Assembly (NCBI GenBank): GCA_964594065.1
Contig: CAZQKX010000002.1
Coordinates: 39,909-103,908, forward strand
Source of the DNA: an uncultured Pirellulales bacterium
GTDB lineage: Bacteria > Planctomycetota > Phycisphaerae > Sedimentisphaerales > Anaerohalosphaeraceae
Length of the DNA: 64,000 nucleotides
Direction of reading: 5' to 3'
The translations under genes and the position numbers were made by a program. The notes beneath the pieces are model-generated. The model searched no databases, was not told where the DNA came from, and saw only the letters and a program-made list of their open reading frames with translations. Below are positions 47,124 to 57,051 of this stretch, one piece after another. Within the stretch, counting starts at the first letter, position 1. Each line of letters opens with the position of its first letter.

Positions 47124-48302
47124 TTAATCCGGCCACATGATCTTGCAGAATCGTTTCCCATTAAATTCATAAAATTTGATCGGGACTTTTTCATCTTTGA
47201 TTTTGCCGCCGACTTCCCTGCTTTTTACCGGAATATACCAGTAACTACCCTCCTCATAGGGCCGGCCGATTTCGAGTATTTCAACCAGCGGCTGTGAAGT
47301 ATCTTTAGGGAGCTTAGCCAGCATCTCTTTTGGCGGAGGTCCAAATGGAAAAAGCAGTTGCTGGACGGTTTTCCAGTCCCTCTGATTCATGGCTTCTGTA
47401 ACATCCCGGATAATCTTTTCACAGGCCTGTTCATGGGTCAATGATCCCACCGCCATGCCGGTATCCGGATGCACATGAATATCGTGTTCATTTGTCACCA
47501 ATTCCGCATCGTCCCGGACGGTAAATAATCCTTCCGGTGCGGGCTTGTTGTATTCGATAAAACTGATATTTCGAACAGCAATGGTTTGTCGAAAGTATTT
47601 CATGAAATTTGACGTCTCAAGTGTTATAAAGCGAATCGGCAGTTTTGTTTCCGGATCGATAATATATCTGCATTTTCGGTCGCCCTCATCAATGCTGATG
47701 ACGATGACATCCTGGGCCAGTTCGTCATTATATTCATTGGTTATAATGACGGTATCATCCTTTTGACCCCTTTCGAGTGATTGCTTGAAGAAGTTTGAAA
47801 AATCCGGATACCAGTTACATTTACGTTCATCCCGCCGGTTCAAACGGTAGCGGTTTGTTATTTCATTGTAACCGAATGAGCCTTCCGGTGAGTCGATCTT
47901 GCGAATGGGGAATCCCGGCCGATACAGACAGACATGTGTGGGTTTGCAGGCGGGTTCGTCAAAAAGCATCCAGCATTCAATATCACCTTGTTTGTAGAGC
48001 TCTGCTTTAAAATGAACGCTTTTGATCGTGTTCATGGCTTCAAGTGTTTGATCGATTGCGTAGGTTCTGGAAATGCCGTTATCTGATAGAGTCAGCCAGT
48101 AAACCATCAGGATGACTCCCGCAGCAACGGCGATCTTGGTTATTTTACTGTGCATGATGAGTCTCCATATATTTTTATTGGCCCCGGACTGTTTGTCGGG
48201 CAAGGCACCGAGTGCATCATTTAGAATTTTTTCATCCACCTTTTGGCCAACAGTAGCGTTTGAGTTTTTAAATAGTTTGTCTATATTTTCTGCGGGAGTC
48301 AT
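47124..48302 (-). CDS. Anti-sigma-like single-pass membrane protein with a large extracytoplasmic domain
   Basis: 392 aa. An ATGA overlap links it to the upstream ECF sigma stop. It has one TM helix (ITKIAVAAGVILMVYWLTL). I recognise no family. Confidence 0.6.
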   Translation of the reverse strand: MTPAENIDKLFKNSNATVGQKVDEKILNDALGALPDKQSGANKNIWRLIMHSKITKIAVAAGVILMVYWLTLSDNGISRTYAIDQTLEAMNTIKSVHFKAELYKQGDIECWMLFDEPACKPTHVCLYRPGFPIRKIDSPEGSFGYNEITNRYRLNRRDERKCNWYPDFSNFFKQSLERGQKDDTVIITNEYNDELAQDVIVISIDEGDRKCRYIIDPETKLPIRFITLETSNFMKYFRQTIAVRNISFIEYNKPAPEGLFTVRDDAELVTNEHDIHVHPDTGMAVGSLTHEQACEKIIRDVTEAMNQRDWKTVQQLLFPFGPPPKEMLAKLPKDTSQPLVEILEIGRPYEEGSYWYIPVKSREVGGKIKDEKVPIKFYEFNGKRFCKIMWPD

Positions 48303-48838
48303 TTTTCCCCCCCATCAATTAATAGTATCCGCAGTTTATCCATGCCGTACCGATACCGGCTTTTGGCAGTATTGATCGAGATTTCAAGCGATTGTGCGAT
48401 CGTTCGCAATCGTATTTCGCTGTAATGCCGCAGAGCAATGATCTGCCGCTGCTCAAACGGTAATTGCTGCATTGCTTCGGCCAGTTTCAGCAGTTGTTCA
48501 TTGCATTGGATCTGTTCATCCGGATGACTCGAACAGGCAACTTGGGAGATCGACTCATCCAGTGTGCAGTTTTTATGTTCTTTTGATCGGAAGCGGTTTT
48601 TTGCCCGATTAACGACGCAAACGGATAAATACGCTTTCAGACTTCCGGTCAGGTGAAAATCGGCCATATTTTCGGCAAACGCCACGAATACATCATGAAC
48701 GATATCTTCTGCCGTATGAACATCCCGAACGACCGAGATGGCTACTTTAAACAGTAAATCCCTGTATTTGGCATAAATCCTGCAAAATGCCTCGTTACTG
48801 CCGTGCTGACATCGATGTATGAGCCACTTGTCTTCCAT
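48299..48838 (-). CDS. RNA polymerase sigma-70 factor, ECF subfamily
   Basis: Region 2 (FCRIYAKYRDLLFKVAISVV...DIVHDVFVAF) and a region 4 HTH (YSEIRLRTIAQSLEISINTAKSRYRYGMDKL). Confidence 0.85.
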   Translation of the reverse strand: MEDKWLIHRCQHGSNEAFCRIYAKYRDLLFKVAISVVRDVHTAEDIVHDVFVAFAENMADFHLTGSLKAYLSVCVVNRAKNRFRSKEHKNCTLDESISQVACSSHPDEQIQCNEQLLKLAEAMQQLPFEQRQIIALRHYSEIRLRTIAQSLEISINTAKSRYRYGMDKLRILLIDGGEK

Positions 48839-49017
48839 TTACTTCCCAACTAAACTGCCTGAAACGTTTCTATGCCTATAACAATCGAAAAAGGCCAATG
48901 GGTCTAAAAAAAACGCCTAAATTTCATTTTTTGGACTATTCATTGATTCTAAATCATTAATTGGGTAGAATCACGTTTTAAATTGAAGATGTAAAATAGC
49001 TTGATAAGAGGTCAGAT

Positions 49018-50637
49018 ATGTCAATACGACAAGCCGAAAACAGACGTTATTTGGTACCGGTCAATACCGCTTCAACACAGCAGTTATTTACGGACTGCCT
49101 GGTGATCGGAGCGGGGATTGCGGGCCTGCGAGCTGCCCTGCAGGCTGCCGAGCACTGTAATGTGACACTCGTCTGTAAAGGCACCTTCTCTGACAGCAAT
49201 ACTTGGAATGCCCAGGGTGGGATCGCTTCGGTACTGGATGATGCCGACAGTTTCGAGTCGCATATTGATGACACCATGAAAACCTGTTGCGGTATCGGTG
49301 ATATTGAGGTTGTCAGCCGCGTGGTTAAAGAAGGCCCCGCATTGGTTCGCCAGTTGATCGAATGGGGAACGGATTTCGATACCGTCAACGGTAAGCTTGA
49401 TATCACACTCGAAGGCGGACACAGCCACGCCCGCATTGCCCATTCTCACGGCGATTCAACCGGACGGGGCATTGCCGAAAGTATGGGCCGTCAGGTGCGG
49501 CAAACCGAATCGATCAATATCATTGAAAATTTTTACACGATAGATCTGCTGTCAAATAAGGACAATGAGTGCGTTGGCGTCATTGGATTTCGGCAGGGCG
49601 GAAACTTACAGATCATTTGGGCGGGCGCAACCATTCTCGCAACCGGCGGGTCGGGTCGGCTGTATCGTGAAACGACCAACCCCGAATGTGCGACTGCTGA
49701 TGGATTGGCCATGGCCTGGCGGGCCGGGGTGGTGCTACGGGATATGGAGTTCATGCAGTTTCACCCGACGACACTGTATATCGCCGGGGCCTCGCGTGCA
49801 TTGATAACGGAAACGCTTCGCGGAGAAGGCGGGGTTTTACGCGACTGCAATCAGGAGCGGTTTATGAAAGAGTATGACCCGGCGGGTGAACTGGCTCCTC
49901 GCGATGTAGTCAGCCGGGCGATCCTGGACCGGATGCTCAAGACCGGCGCGACCCATGTGTATCTGGATATCCGGCATTTTGATAAGGCTCATTTTCAAAA
50001 GCGTTTTCCACTGATCAGTGGATTGTGCGATAGTTTTGATATCAATATTTCCAAGGATATGATCCCCGTTCGGCCCAGTGCCCATTATATGATCGGCGGG
50101 ATTAAGACCGATGAGAATGCGGCGACGAATATCGGCCGGCTGTTTGCCTGCGGCGAAGTGGCCTCGACGGGATTGCACGGAGCCAATCGTCTCGGCAGTA
50201 ATTCGCTTTTGGAAGGGCTGGTTTTCGGCAAGATCGCCGGGCAGTCGGCGGTGTCGATCGTTAATGACACAGCTAGGCCCGAACACCATCGTATGCAGGT
50301 TGATGTGCCGCTGTCCGATCGCAGCCGTCTTGATGCCGAGGACATTCGCAATTCCCTGCGGGCGCTGATGTGGCGCAATGTGGGAATCACCCGGCAGGAT
50401 AATCCGCTGACCGAAGCCGCCGAGATCATTACTTTCTGGCAGCGCTATGTGATGGATAAGGTCTTTACCACACCTTTTGGCTGGGAGTGTCAGAACATGC
50501 TGACCGTGGCGGGACTGATGGCCCATGCCGCAAAAGAAAGAAAAGAGTCCCGCGGTGTTCACTATCGACAGGACTACCCTGACCGAGACGATAAAAACTA
50601 CGCTCGGCATATCGAACTAAGACGAGAATTGTTTTGA
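49018..50637 (+). CDS. nadB: L-aspartate oxidase
   Basis: FAD motif DCLVIGAGIAGLRAAL, QGGIA, HYMIGGI and GANRLGSNSLLE. Confidence 0.93.
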   Translation: MSIRQAENRRYLVPVNTASTQQLFTDCLVIGAGIAGLRAALQAAEHCNVTLVCKGTFSDSNTWNAQGGIASVLDDADSFESHIDDTMKTCCGIGDIEVVSRVVKEGPALVRQLIEWGTDFDTVNGKLDITLEGGHSHARIAHSHGDSTGRGIAESMGRQVRQTESINIIENFYTIDLLSNKDNECVGVIGFRQGGNLQIIWAGATILATGGSGRLYRETTNPECATADGLAMAWRAGVVLRDMEFMQFHPTTLYIAGASRALITETLRGEGGVLRDCNQERFMKEYDPAGELAPRDVVSRAILDRMLKTGATHVYLDIRHFDKAHFQKRFPLISGLCDSFDINISKDMIPVRPSAHYMIGGIKTDENAATNIGRLFACGEVASTGLHGANRLGSNSLLEGLVFGKIAGQSAVSIVNDTARPEHHRMQVDVPLSDRSRLDAEDIRNSLRALMWRNVGITRQDNPLTEAAEIITFWQRYVMDKVFTTPFGWECQNMLTVAGLMAHAAKERKESRGVHYRQDYPDRDDKNYARHIELRRELF

Positions 50638-50710
50638 CTTGACAATAATAGCTAAATAACGATAAAATCACACCGATAGTTGCGATAAATTATTTTGTAG
50701 GGATTTTAAA

Positions 50711-51646
50711 ATGTGCTCCAAAACGATCACCGCGGTGATACCGGTCTATAACAGCGAAGAAAATCTTGAATTATTGTTAGCAAGGCTTTCCAGAGTTTTG
50801 GAAGAACATTCGGAGGCGTATGAGATTATCTTTGTCAATGACAGCAGCCAGGATGCGAGTTGGCAGGTTATTTGTGATCTGACTAATAAAAATCATTCGG
50901 CCAAAGGTGTCAATCTTATGCGAAATTACGGCCAGCATAACGCTCTTTTAGCAGGTATCCGCATGGCACAATATGAGCTGATCGTGACCATTGATGATGA
51001 CCTTCAGCATCCTCCTGAAGAAATCCCGAAAATGCTGAAAAAGCTGGATGAGGGACATGATGTTGTCTATGGCTCTGCAGAAGAAAAGAAACATGGTTTC
51101 TTAAGGAATTTTTCGTCTCAGATAACCAAGTTAGCCTTTCAATCGATCATGAAGGTGCAGGTTGCCCGAAAAATCAGTGCTTTTCGCGTTTTTCGAACAT
51201 CCCTGCGAAACGCGTTCGAAAACTACAATGCCCCCCATCCTTCGATCGATGTTTTGCTGTCTTGGGCCACCGTACGTTTTTCCTTCGTTGACGTCAGGCA
51301 TGAGGAGCGTGAAATCGGGAAATCAAATTATACTTTCAGAAAGCTCCTTGGCCATGCTATAAACATGATGACAGGTTTTAGTACCATGCCGTTACGAATC
51401 GCCAGTTTACTGGGATTCTTTTTTACATTATTTGGCATTGCTGTCTTTCTGTTCGTCTTCCTCCGTTATATGTTATACGGTGCCCCTGTACAGGGATTTA
51501 CTTTTCTGGCTTCAACAATTGCGATCTTTTCCGGTGTGCAGCTTTTTGTCTTTGGTATTTTCGGTGAATATTTGGCTCGCATGTATTCCAGAATTATGGA
51601 TCGCCCCACTTATATTGTACAAGAAATTAAAAAACATTCGGAATAA
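50711..51646 (+). CDS. ArnC/GtrB-like family-2 glycosyltransferase (polyprenyl-phosphate sugar transferase type, 2 C-terminal TM helices)
   Basis: AVIPVYNSEENL, YEIIFVNDSSQD, RNYGQHNALLAG, DDDLQHPPEEIP, EREIGKSNYTF, TMPLRIASLLG and GEYLARMY. As I recall E. coli ArnC, the two are colinear over the full length. Confidence 0.85.
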   Translation: MCSKTITAVIPVYNSEENLELLLARLSRVLEEHSEAYEIIFVNDSSQDASWQVICDLTNKNHSAKGVNLMRNYGQHNALLAGIRMAQYELIVTIDDDLQHPPEEIPKMLKKLDEGHDVVYGSAEEKKHGFLRNFSSQITKLAFQSIMKVQVARKISAFRVFRTSLRNAFENYNAPHPSIDVLLSWATVRFSFVDVRHEEREIGKSNYTFRKLLGHAINMMTGFSTMPLRIASLLGFFFTLFGIAVFLFVFLRYMLYGAPVQGFTFLASTIAIFSGVQLFVFGIFGEYLARMYSRIMDRPTYIVQEIKKHSE

Positions 51647-51667
51647 CCCCCACTTAGATGGCTGATA

Positions 51668-52462
51668 ATGTTTGAATTGCAGTACGAACCTTTAATAATG
51701 AATGAGAAACTGAAACCCTGGGAAATTGCGGTTATTCCCTGGGACTCAGAGAGTTTTGGTTTTGGGGTGTCTGCGTTGGAGCCGTGTTACGATGACAAGC
51801 AAAGTAATCAGGCTGCTTTGCTTGAGGATGCTTTGAAGGCTTATTGCCAAGACAAGCAGGTTCGGTTGATTACCGCTACAATTTCGTCTGATCAACATGC
51901 GGCATCTCTGCTATTGCAGAAGGCGGGATTTTATTTTATTGACCTGTCATTAAGTGTCCATTATGGGAATTTGAAAGATATTTCGACGGGCAGTCCCGCT
52001 GGTTTTTCTTTAACTATGGCAACTCCTGAGGAGATTGATGTGCTTGTGGAAATGGCAGGGCGTTCGTTCCAGCATGGTCGATATCACCTGGACGATTGTT
52101 TTCCCCGGCCTTTAGCCGATCGACGCTATGCCGATTGGCTGAGCCGATGCCGGGACTCCGACAACCCACAGCAAATTTTATGCGCAAGGATTCACGATGC
52201 GATCTGCGGTTTTTCAGTTGTGGAAAACAAGGGTTCTAAGGGCTATATGCATTTACATGCCCTTGATTCAAAATGGCGAGGAAAAAAACTCGGAACCGGT
52301 CTGATTTTACAATCGTTAGATTATTTGCGGGGCTTGGGGGCCGAGACCGCCGGAACAAAGATCTCGTCCTCAAATCTTAATGCGTTAAACATGCATTCTC
52401 GGCTAAATGGACGTTTTACCGCCGCGGACCGATTGCTGCATTGGCATCATCCAGAGAAATGA
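51668..52462 (+). CDS. WecD-like (dTDP-4-amino-4,6-dideoxyhexose) N-acetyltransferase, GNAT fold
   Basis: Blocks are colinear with E. coli WecD from memory: IPWDSESFGFGVS, LQKAGFYFIDLSLSV, SFQHGRYHLD...RRYADWL and NLNALNMHSRLNGRF. Confidence 0.6.
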   Translation: MFELQYEPLIMNEKLKPWEIAVIPWDSESFGFGVSALEPCYDDKQSNQAALLEDALKAYCQDKQVRLITATISSDQHAASLLLQKAGFYFIDLSLSVHYGNLKDISTGSPAGFSLTMATPEEIDVLVEMAGRSFQHGRYHLDDCFPRPLADRRYADWLSRCRDSDNPQQILCARIHDAICGFSVVENKGSKGYMHLHALDSKWRGKKLGTGLILQSLDYLRGLGAETAGTKISSSNLNALNMHSRLNGRFTAADRLLHWHHPEK

Positions 52463-52477
52463 TAACGGAGAACTAAG

Positions 52478-53650
52478 ATGAAAAAGATAGAACTTGCCGA
52501 CAGCAGGGGTGCAATAGAGCTGGCTTATGTGAGAAATATTGCTTATTTATTTGTTTTTTTCCTTTCCTTGTATCTTTATATCAATTGTCCCAAAGATGCA
52601 GACTTACATTTACATATTCGATTTATCGAAAAAATTGACCAGGGCCGCCTTGTTGTTCCGCACTTTCTTTATCACTTGGTTGTTTTTACTGTTTCCAAGG
52701 TTTCACATCTGTCTTTTCACTATGCTTCCTGCCTGGTACTGGCTTCGTGTATCGTTGCTTCGATGATTCTGATCGAGCGGATACTCAGGAATTTTCTGCG
52801 AGGCAGGTATTCTGATTACTTTGTACTTTTTGTTTCTCTATCGTTGATATTTGTGTCAGCGATTTATTTTCCACTGATTAATAAATATCCTTATAAGGTG
52901 ATATGGAGCCCTAATCCATGGCATAATCCAACATATATCGCCGCAAAGCCCTTTGTGCTATTGAGTTTTTATTGGTATACTTTGGAGATAACAAAGAAGG
53001 CGTGTTTTGAAAAGCGATTTTCGGTGATACGCATTTCACTGTTGCTGGTGATTTGTACTTTGATCAAGCCTAATTATGTCCTGGCATTCATTCCTGCTTC
53101 GATTCTTTTTTGTTTTTTTCAGTCCGACAAAATCCGAATGTTTCTCAAAACGGTGCAATTACTGTTACCAGTTTTAATCGTTCTGCTTTTGCAGTATTTA
53201 TTTACTTACTATTATGACGTGAAAGGTTCCAGTTCGATCCAATTTTGTTTTTTTGATGTCTGGCAGGGTCATGCAAAATCGCTGTTTTTGGCGATCTTGC
53301 AGGCGACGGCATTCCCGCTGGTTGCATTCATAGTGATGCGTCCTCGCCTGTCAGGAGATAAGATGTTCTTTTTCAGTTGGGTACTGTTTATCGTCGGATT
53401 ATTTATTTTTGGTTTTTTATGTGAAACCGGGCATCGAAGAGGTCATGCAAATTTTGCCTGGACCTACATGTTTTGTCTGAACATACTTTTTATCTATAGT
53501 ACAATTGTTTTTTTACGATGGATATCTGATATCCCTAAAGATAACAGAGCGTTTCAGATAAAACTATTTTTGTGCAGTATGACATTTTTAATCCATTTTT
53601 TTTCCGGCATCTATTATGTCGGATACTTGATGTCGGGACGGTGTTATTGA
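52478..53650 (+). CDS. Polytopic membrane protein (about 10-11 TM helices), function unknown (GT-C-like or flippase candidate)
   Basis: 390 aa and very AT-rich (20/60 G+C at 52561-52620). An early loop carries acidic residues (CPKDADLH). It is embedded between the WecD-like and WecE-like genes. Confidence 0.7.
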   Translation: MKKIELADSRGAIELAYVRNIAYLFVFFLSLYLYINCPKDADLHLHIRFIEKIDQGRLVVPHFLYHLVVFTVSKVSHLSFHYASCLVLASCIVASMILIERILRNFLRGRYSDYFVLFVSLSLIFVSAIYFPLINKYPYKVIWSPNPWHNPTYIAAKPFVLLSFYWYTLEITKKACFEKRFSVIRISLLLVICTLIKPNYVLAFIPASILFCFFQSDKIRMFLKTVQLLLPVLIVLLLQYLFTYYYDVKGSSSIQFCFFDVWQGHAKSLFLAILQATAFPLVAFIVMRPRLSGDKMFFFSWVLFIVGLFIFGFLCETGHRRGHANFAWTYMFCLNILFIYSTIVFLRWISDIPKDNRAFQIKLFLCSMTFLIHFFSGIYYVGYLMSGRCY

Positions 53651-53674
53651 ACCCAAAAGGAAAGGGAACAACAG

Positions 53675-54808
53675 GTGGCAACCTATCAAATACCTTTTAA
53701 TAAACCATGCTTTGAAGGCAAGGAACTGGTCTACATTGCCGAAGCAATAAGCCGGGGTCACATTTCCGGCGACGGCCATTTTACTCGAAAATGCTCAGAC
53801 TTTTTTGAAACAGAGATGGGATGTAAAAGAGCTTTGTTGACGACTTCCTGTACCCATGCTTTGGAAATCGCAGCTTTATTACTGGATTTAAAGCCCGGTG
53901 ATGAGGTTATTGTCCCCTCGTTCACGTTTGTTTCGACAGCCAATGCTTTTGCACTGCATGGGGCTAGGCTGGTTTTTGCCGATATTTGCCCGGATACGCT
54001 GAATATAGATCATGCCCAGATCGAAGAACTGATTACCGACAGAACCCGGGCGATCGTGCCGGTTCATTATGCCGGGGTAGGATGTGAAATGGATGATATT
54101 ATGGAGATTGCCAAACGCCACGATCTCCTGATTATTGAAGATAATGCACACGGTTTGTTTGGAAAATATAACGGTCAGTGTCTGGGGTCGATCGGTCAGA
54201 TGTCAACATTGAGTTTTCATGAAACCAAAAACTTTACGTGTGGAGAAGGCGGCGCGTTACTTATTAATGACTCTCAATATAAAGAGCGTGCGGAAATGAT
54301 ACGTGAAAAAGGAACCAATCGAAGCCAGTTCTTCCGAGGCGAAGTGGACAAATATACCTGGCGGGATATCGGTTCCAGTTACCTTCCCTCTGACATGCTG
54401 GCCGGTTTTCTTTATGCTCAGCTTGAGGGACGTCAACATATCATGGAGCATCGCAGACGAATCTGGAATTATTATAACGAGTCTCTGAACGAATGGGCTG
54501 TTTCCAAAGGAGTTCGTTTGCCGTTTATTCCATCACATTGTGAACAATCGTATCACATGTTTTATATGTTAATGCCGACGGCCGAAATGCAGCAAGCCTT
54601 TATCGAACATATGAAATCAAACGAGATCCTTTGCGTTTTTCATTATTTGCCCCTGCATCTTTCAGAAATGGGTAAACGATTGAGTATCCCCGAAGGAGAT
54701 TGTCCTGTTAGCGAAGATGTCAGCGGACGATTGGTAAGACTGCCTTTCTTTAATAGACTTTCCAATGAAGATCAGGAGTTGGTTGTCAAAAAGACAATTC
54801 AATTTTAA
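53675..54808 (+). CDS. wecE: dTDP-4-keto-6-deoxyhexose 4-aminotransferase, WecE-like (DegT/DnrJ/EryC1 family)
   Basis: IPFNKPCFEGKELVYIAEAISRGHISGDGHFTRKC, LLTTSCTHALEIAALLLDLKPGDEVIVPSFTFVSTANAF and the PLP-Lys context SFHETKNFTCGEGG. The N-terminus is very close to E. coli WecE as I recall it. Confidence 0.85.
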   Translation: MATYQIPFNKPCFEGKELVYIAEAISRGHISGDGHFTRKCSDFFETEMGCKRALLTTSCTHALEIAALLLDLKPGDEVIVPSFTFVSTANAFALHGARLVFADICPDTLNIDHAQIEELITDRTRAIVPVHYAGVGCEMDDIMEIAKRHDLLIIEDNAHGLFGKYNGQCLGSIGQMSTLSFHETKNFTCGEGGALLINDSQYKERAEMIREKGTNRSQFFRGEVDKYTWRDIGSSYLPSDMLAGFLYAQLEGRQHIMEHRRRIWNYYNESLNEWAVSKGVRLPFIPSHCEQSYHMFYMLMPTAEMQQAFIEHMKSNEILCVFHYLPLHLSEMGKRLSIPEGDCPVSEDVSGRLVRLPFFNRLSNEDQELVVKKTIQF

Positions 54809-55013
54809 GGCCAATATCGTGGAACAGATCAAATGTAAATTTATTGAAGCGTATCAGGAATGGGGAAGAACTTTTTGGATCTGTGTTGTTCTGAATTTGC
54901 TGGCGTTTTCGGGATATATTATTCATCTTACGTATGCCGTTGACGATTATGGGTCACTTTTTTCCAATGTCAGCCATGTTGTACACAGCCGTTGGTTTGC
55001 CGGCTTTATTTAT
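54803..55013 (+). repeat. Direct repeat, left copy (pairs with 56841-57051)
   Basis: The 201-nt core (54803-55003 versus 56841-57041) aligns without gaps with 8 mismatches by hand. This includes a 143-nt perfect run (54835-54977). Confidence 0.9.
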
Positions 55014-55028
55014 AGCCGAATCCATTGA
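54819..55028 (+). pseudogene. Truncated 5' copy of the GtrII/GT-C-like gene at 56857-58401
   Basis: It encodes VEQIKCKFIEAYQEWGRTFWICVVLNLLAFSGYIIHLTYAVDDYGSLFSNVSH..., nearly identical to the N-terminus of the 526-aa protein. It then diverges and stops at 55028. Confidence 0.8.
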
Positions 55029-55375
55029 GGTCTGTGCAAAAGCACTGATTGAAGACAACTCGGGACATAGTAATCCGAGTTTTCTTTTAAATTCTCAAAA
55101 AAACTGTCTGGAAAAGGGAAATATTGATAGTTCAAGATGAATTTGATAAAATTATTGGCATCGAAAGGACTGAATCTTGTCTTGTAAACACGTAAATGGG
55201 AAATCTCAGTCAGTACCGGACAACTTTGATGGACAGTCCGAAAAGGAAAAGAATACCCAAAAAGGTTGTCTGATCCCCTTTATTTTTCTCTGTGCAAAAC
55301 AGTTCCACCTTAATTCAAAGGTGATTCTGTCCAGCGCATGGGGACAACCTTAGATTTCAGTTCAAAGAACAGGCG

Positions 55376-56431
55376 GTGATCGTGAGCAATAAGCAAAAGG
55401 TATTATTTTTTCAGGGACTGAGATCCATTGCGTGTTTTGCTATTATGTTAGTTCATTTCATTTCAATTTTCAAACCCGGATCTTTAAAATACTGGACATC
55501 CGGGACATCGAGCATTTTTTTGGGAGCCTTTAAGGGAAAGGTTGCAGTTGCTTTATTCTGCGTCGTAGCGGGCTATTTCTCAGCTTCTAAAGTTTTTCAA
55601 ATGAAAAAAGACTTTCACTTTGGAAAATATATTTCCCGACGATACTTTCGATTCATGCCGCCGGTTTTATTGGTAAATATCTTTGTATATCTTGCTCACT
55701 TTTTGTATTCAAGTCTCGGCGCCGCCTATGGCCTTACTTCTCCTTATCAAAAAAAATTATTTTCTACAAGAGATATCATTCAAGACGCGCTGTTTTTTAA
55801 TAGCCAGTATAATTCCCCGCTGTGGATTTTAAGAGACTTATTTATTGGTTCCATTCTTGTTGCGTTTCTGGCTTATTATTTTGCTGATAAAAAGAAGAGA
55901 ATTTATGGTTACATCATTTCAATGTTATTTTTGATTGCCTGTGGGCAGTATTGCTTGATGACCTGTGTCATTGGCTTAGTTTTACGTGATGCTGTCATCA
56001 GTGATCTCGTCATAATAAAGCATAAGGTTGTATTGTCTTTATCCTTCCTTGTTGCTTGGTTTATGTGTCAACTGCCGCCCAAAAGTTTTTTGTCTGTAAG
56101 TTGCTTCGTATGGTATGCTTTAGGCACTGCTCTGATGATAGCAGTTATTTTTAATGTAAAAGTAATACAGCGGATTCTCTCCTTGAGACCATTGGTATTT
56201 CTGGGTGATATCTCCTTCTCTATGTATCTTTGGCACATTCCCATTTACAAGGTAATTCCTCCAATCATGTTTTTGGTTTTTGAAACAAAAATAGCTGCTG
56301 ATTTGCTGTTGATCGTTGTTTTTCTGGTTTCAAATTTTTGTATTGTTGGATTATCTTGTTTGTCCAAAAAATATATTGAAAAACTATTACCAGAAACCTT
56401 TGGAAAACTGTGCAATCGTGTATTCAGTTAA
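55376..56431 (+). CDS. Acyltransferase family 3 (OafA/WecH-like membrane O-acyltransferase)
   Basis: 351 aa with about 10 TM helices. The N-terminal motif GLRSIACFAIMLVHF is typical of acyltransferase-3. GTG start. Confidence 0.8.
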   Translation: MIVSNKQKVLFFQGLRSIACFAIMLVHFISIFKPGSLKYWTSGTSSIFLGAFKGKVAVALFCVVAGYFSASKVFQMKKDFHFGKYISRRYFRFMPPVLLVNIFVYLAHFLYSSLGAAYGLTSPYQKKLFSTRDIIQDALFFNSQYNSPLWILRDLFIGSILVAFLAYYFADKKKRIYGYIISMLFLIACGQYCLMTCVIGLVLRDAVISDLVIIKHKVVLSLSFLVAWFMCQLPPKSFLSVSCFVWYALGTALMIAVIFNVKVIQRILSLRPLVFLGDISFSMYLWHIPIYKVIPPIMFLVFETKIAADLLLIVVFLVSNFCIVGLSCLSKKYIEKLLPETFGKLCNRVFS

Positions 56432-56532
56432 AAACTAGTGAGTGAAATAAAGGTGTTCGGAATGCTCCGGAGAAAAACAGCGGGCTTCTGTTTGACGGCC
56501 GAACCGCGACGTTCTGAGACCCGGCGGATGAA

Positions 56533-56805
56533 TTGAGTATTTACAGTTGTCTGAAAAAGCGGCTTGGCCAGCGGGCCGAAACACGACAACTACTGATTAA
56601 CAGTGTAGATAACAAAATCCTTCTCGGGGTCCCCTCGGGGATCGGCATCTCCTGGCTTAATCGGCCCGAAGATGTAAAGGTGATAAAATCCAAATATCTT
56701 CTCGTTGATGAAACTAATGCTGAGTTACTAAAGAACTGTGCTTATTTAAAGTATGATCGAGCAACCTCGGTCGGGGATTTATATATTAATCAGCGGTATG
56801 AATAA
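56533..56805 (+). CDS. Doubtful small ORF inside the cassette (possible gene remnant)
   Basis: 90-aa ORF with a TTG start, no recognisable motif and no clear Shine-Dalgarno sequence. Local G+C is higher than the surroundings. Confidence 0.2.
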   Translation: MSIYSCLKKRLGQRAETRQLLINSVDNKILLGVPSGIGISWLNRPEDVKVIKSKYLLVDETNAELLKNCAYLKYDRATSVGDLYINQRYE

Positions 56806-56840
56806 CGGCAGGTTTTCGATTTGAGTGACCGAAGAAATAT

Positions 56841-57051
56841 TTTTAAGGCCAATATTATGGAACAGATAAAACGTAAATTTATTGAAGCGTATCAGGAATG
56901 GGGAAGAACTTTTTGGATCTGTGTTGTTCTGAATTTGCTGGCGTTTTCGGGATATATTATTCATCTTACGTATGCCGTTGACGATTATGGGTCACTTTTT
57001 TCCAATGTCAGCCATATCGCACACGGCCGTTGGTTTGCCGGTTTCATTTAT
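56841..57051 (+). repeat. Direct repeat, right copy (pairs with 54803-55013)
   Basis: See the left copy. This copy covers the start and the first about 65 codons of the intact 526-aa gene. Confidence 0.9.

Noticed and set aside
54934-55140. 68-aa ORF just after the truncated glycosyltransferase copy.
   Set aside because: It overlaps the pseudogene in another frame and has no start context or motif. It is most likely noise in degraded cassette DNA.
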